IMG/VR virus record: IMGVR_UViG_3300028456_000002
Span: 1 to 40,772 of that record
Source: a virus
Taxonomy: Duplodnaviria > Heunggongvirae > Uroviricota > Caudoviricetes
Length of the DNA: 40,772 bases
Direction: 5' to 3' (one strand)
Translations under genes and position numbers: made by a program
Shown: positions 39,477 to 40,772 of the stretch, piece by piece
How positions within the stretch are numbered: the stretch's first letter is position 1
How the letters are laid out: each line of letters begins with the position of its first letter
Notes under the pieces: generated by a model
Databases searched by the model: none
Told to the model about the DNA's origin: nothing
What the model saw: the letters and a program-made list of their open reading frames with translations, nothing else

Positions 39477-40772
39477 ATGAGAGAAGCTGAAATGAAATAT
39501 CCGACAGGCGTGGAAAACCATGGCGGGAAATTACGTATCTGGTTTGTTTATAAAGGTGTAAGAGTCAGGGAAAATCTGGGGGTTCCTGACACGGCAAAAA
39601 ACAGGCGCATTGCAGGTGAGCTGCGCGCCTCTGTTTGTTATGCAATAAAAACCGGCGTTTTCGACTATGCGAAACAGTTTCCCTCCTCACACAATCTGGA
39701 AAAATTTGGTGAGGCCCGACAAGATTTAACCATAAAGGAACTGGCTGAAAAATTTCTGGCACTGAAAGAAACGGAAGTCGCAAAAACGTCACTCAACACG
39801 TACCGTGCCGTCATCAAAAATATTCTGAGCATAATCGGTGAAAAAAATCTTGCCTCGTCGATTAATAAAGAAAAATTGCTGGCGGTACGTAAAGAATTAC
39901 TTACTGGATACCAGATCCCCAAAAGTAATTATATTGTTACGCAACCGGGGAGATCAGCTGTCACCGTAAATAATTACATGACAAATCTTTACGCCGTGTT
40001 CCAGTTTGGTGTTGATAACGGTTACCTGGCAGAGAATCCGTTTAAGGGGATCTCGCCATTAAAGGAATCAAGAACCATTCCTGATCCTCTTTCACGGGAG
40101 GAATTTATCCGTCTTATCGACGCCTGCAGAAATCAGCAGGCCAAAAATTTATGGTGTGTTTCTGTTTATACAGGCATTCGCCCTGGTGAACTGTGTGCGC
40201 TTGGGTGGGAGGACATAGATCTGAAAAATGGAACAATGATGATCAGGAGAAATTTAGCAAAAGATCGTTTTACGGTACCGAAAACACAGGCTGGTACCAA
40301 TCGGGTAATTCACCTTATCAAGCCTGCAATCGACGCTCTCAGGAGTCAGATGACACTAACGAGGCTCAGCAAAGAACATATTATTGACGTTCACCTCAGA
40401 GAGTTCGGCAGAACAGAAAAACAAAAATGCACCTTTGTTTTTCAACCTGAAGTGTCAGCGAGAGTAAAAAATTATGGTGACCATTTTACCGTTGACTCAA
40501 TAAGGCAGATGTGGGACGCAGCGATAAAGCGCGCAGGCCTCCGCCACCGCAAATCATATCAGTCGAGACATACTTATGCCTGCTGGTCGTTGACAGCCGG
40601 TGCCAACCCGGCATTCATAGCAAACCAGATGGGACATGCAGATGCGCAAATGGTGTTTCAGGTATACGGGAAATGGATGTCTGAAAACAATAATGCACAG
40701 GTAGCCCTGTTAAATACACAGCTAAGCGAGTTTGCCCCAACCATGCCCCAAAACGAGGTGGTGCAAAATTAA
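39477..40772 (+). CDS. int: Tyrosine-type phage integrase
   Basis: 431 aa; C-terminal catalytic region with ...SRHTYACW... and ...QMGHADAQMVFQVYGKW... (His-x-x-Arg and Tyr nucleophile context). Stop codon is the last triplet of the window. Confidence 0.85.
   Translation: MREAEMKYPTGVENHGGKLRIWFVYKGVRVRENLGVPDTAKNRRIAGELRASVCYAIKTGVFDYAKQFPSSHNLEKFGEARQDLTIKELAEKFLALKETEVAKTSLNTYRAVIKNILSIIGEKNLASSINKEKLLAVRKELLTGYQIPKSNYIVTQPGRSAVTVNNYMTNLYAVFQFGVDNGYLAENPFKGISPLKESRTIPDPLSREEFIRLIDACRNQQAKNLWCVSVYTGIRPGELCALGWEDIDLKNGTMMIRRNLAKDRFTVPKTQAGTNRVIHLIKPAIDALRSQMTLTRLSKEHIIDVHLREFGRTEKQKCTFVFQPEVSARVKNYGDHFTVDSIRQMWDAAIKRAGLRHRKSYQSRHTYACWSLTAGANPAFIANQMGHADAQMVFQVYGKWMSENNNAQVALLNTQLSEFAPTMPQNEVVQN

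Overview
The whole 40.8 kb window lies inside one cos-type lambdoid prophage of an enterobacterial (E. coli-like) host. No attachment site is in the window: the left edge cuts the side tail fiber gene stf and the right edge is the stop codon of the integrase. Minus strand, from high to low coordinates: DicC-like Cro, YdaT-like, O-like replication initiator with in-gene iterons, P-like helicase loader, a dense block of small early genes (including an HNH endonuclease and a hok/mok toxin), an AT-rich cargo ORF behind a 9-bp tandem repeat array, Rem-like, YdfU-like, RusA, Q antiterminator with a pR'/tR'-like promoter-terminator, a DNA methyltransferase, tRNA-Thr and tRNA-Gly, a lysis cassette (two membrane proteins, M15 endolysin, lipoprotein), cos, terminase, portal, protease-capsid fusion, and lambda-like tail genes Z U V G T H M L K I J lom stf. 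Plus strand, right end: dicA repressor, ydfA/B/C-like, DicF-like sRNA, dicB, ydfD, an 823-aa exonuclease, xis, int. The immunity and kil region resembles the Qin prophage of E. coli K-12 (comparison from memory) but here the replication, lysis and structural modules are present. Four genes (terminase large subunit, J, stf, methyltransferase) are broken by 1-nt indels, mostly at homopolymer runs, so the element is either defective or the sequence carries homopolymer errors. No CRISPR array, IS element or toxin cargo of the Stx type was seen. All protein identities are from reading the translated ORFs and recalled family knowledge; no database search was run.
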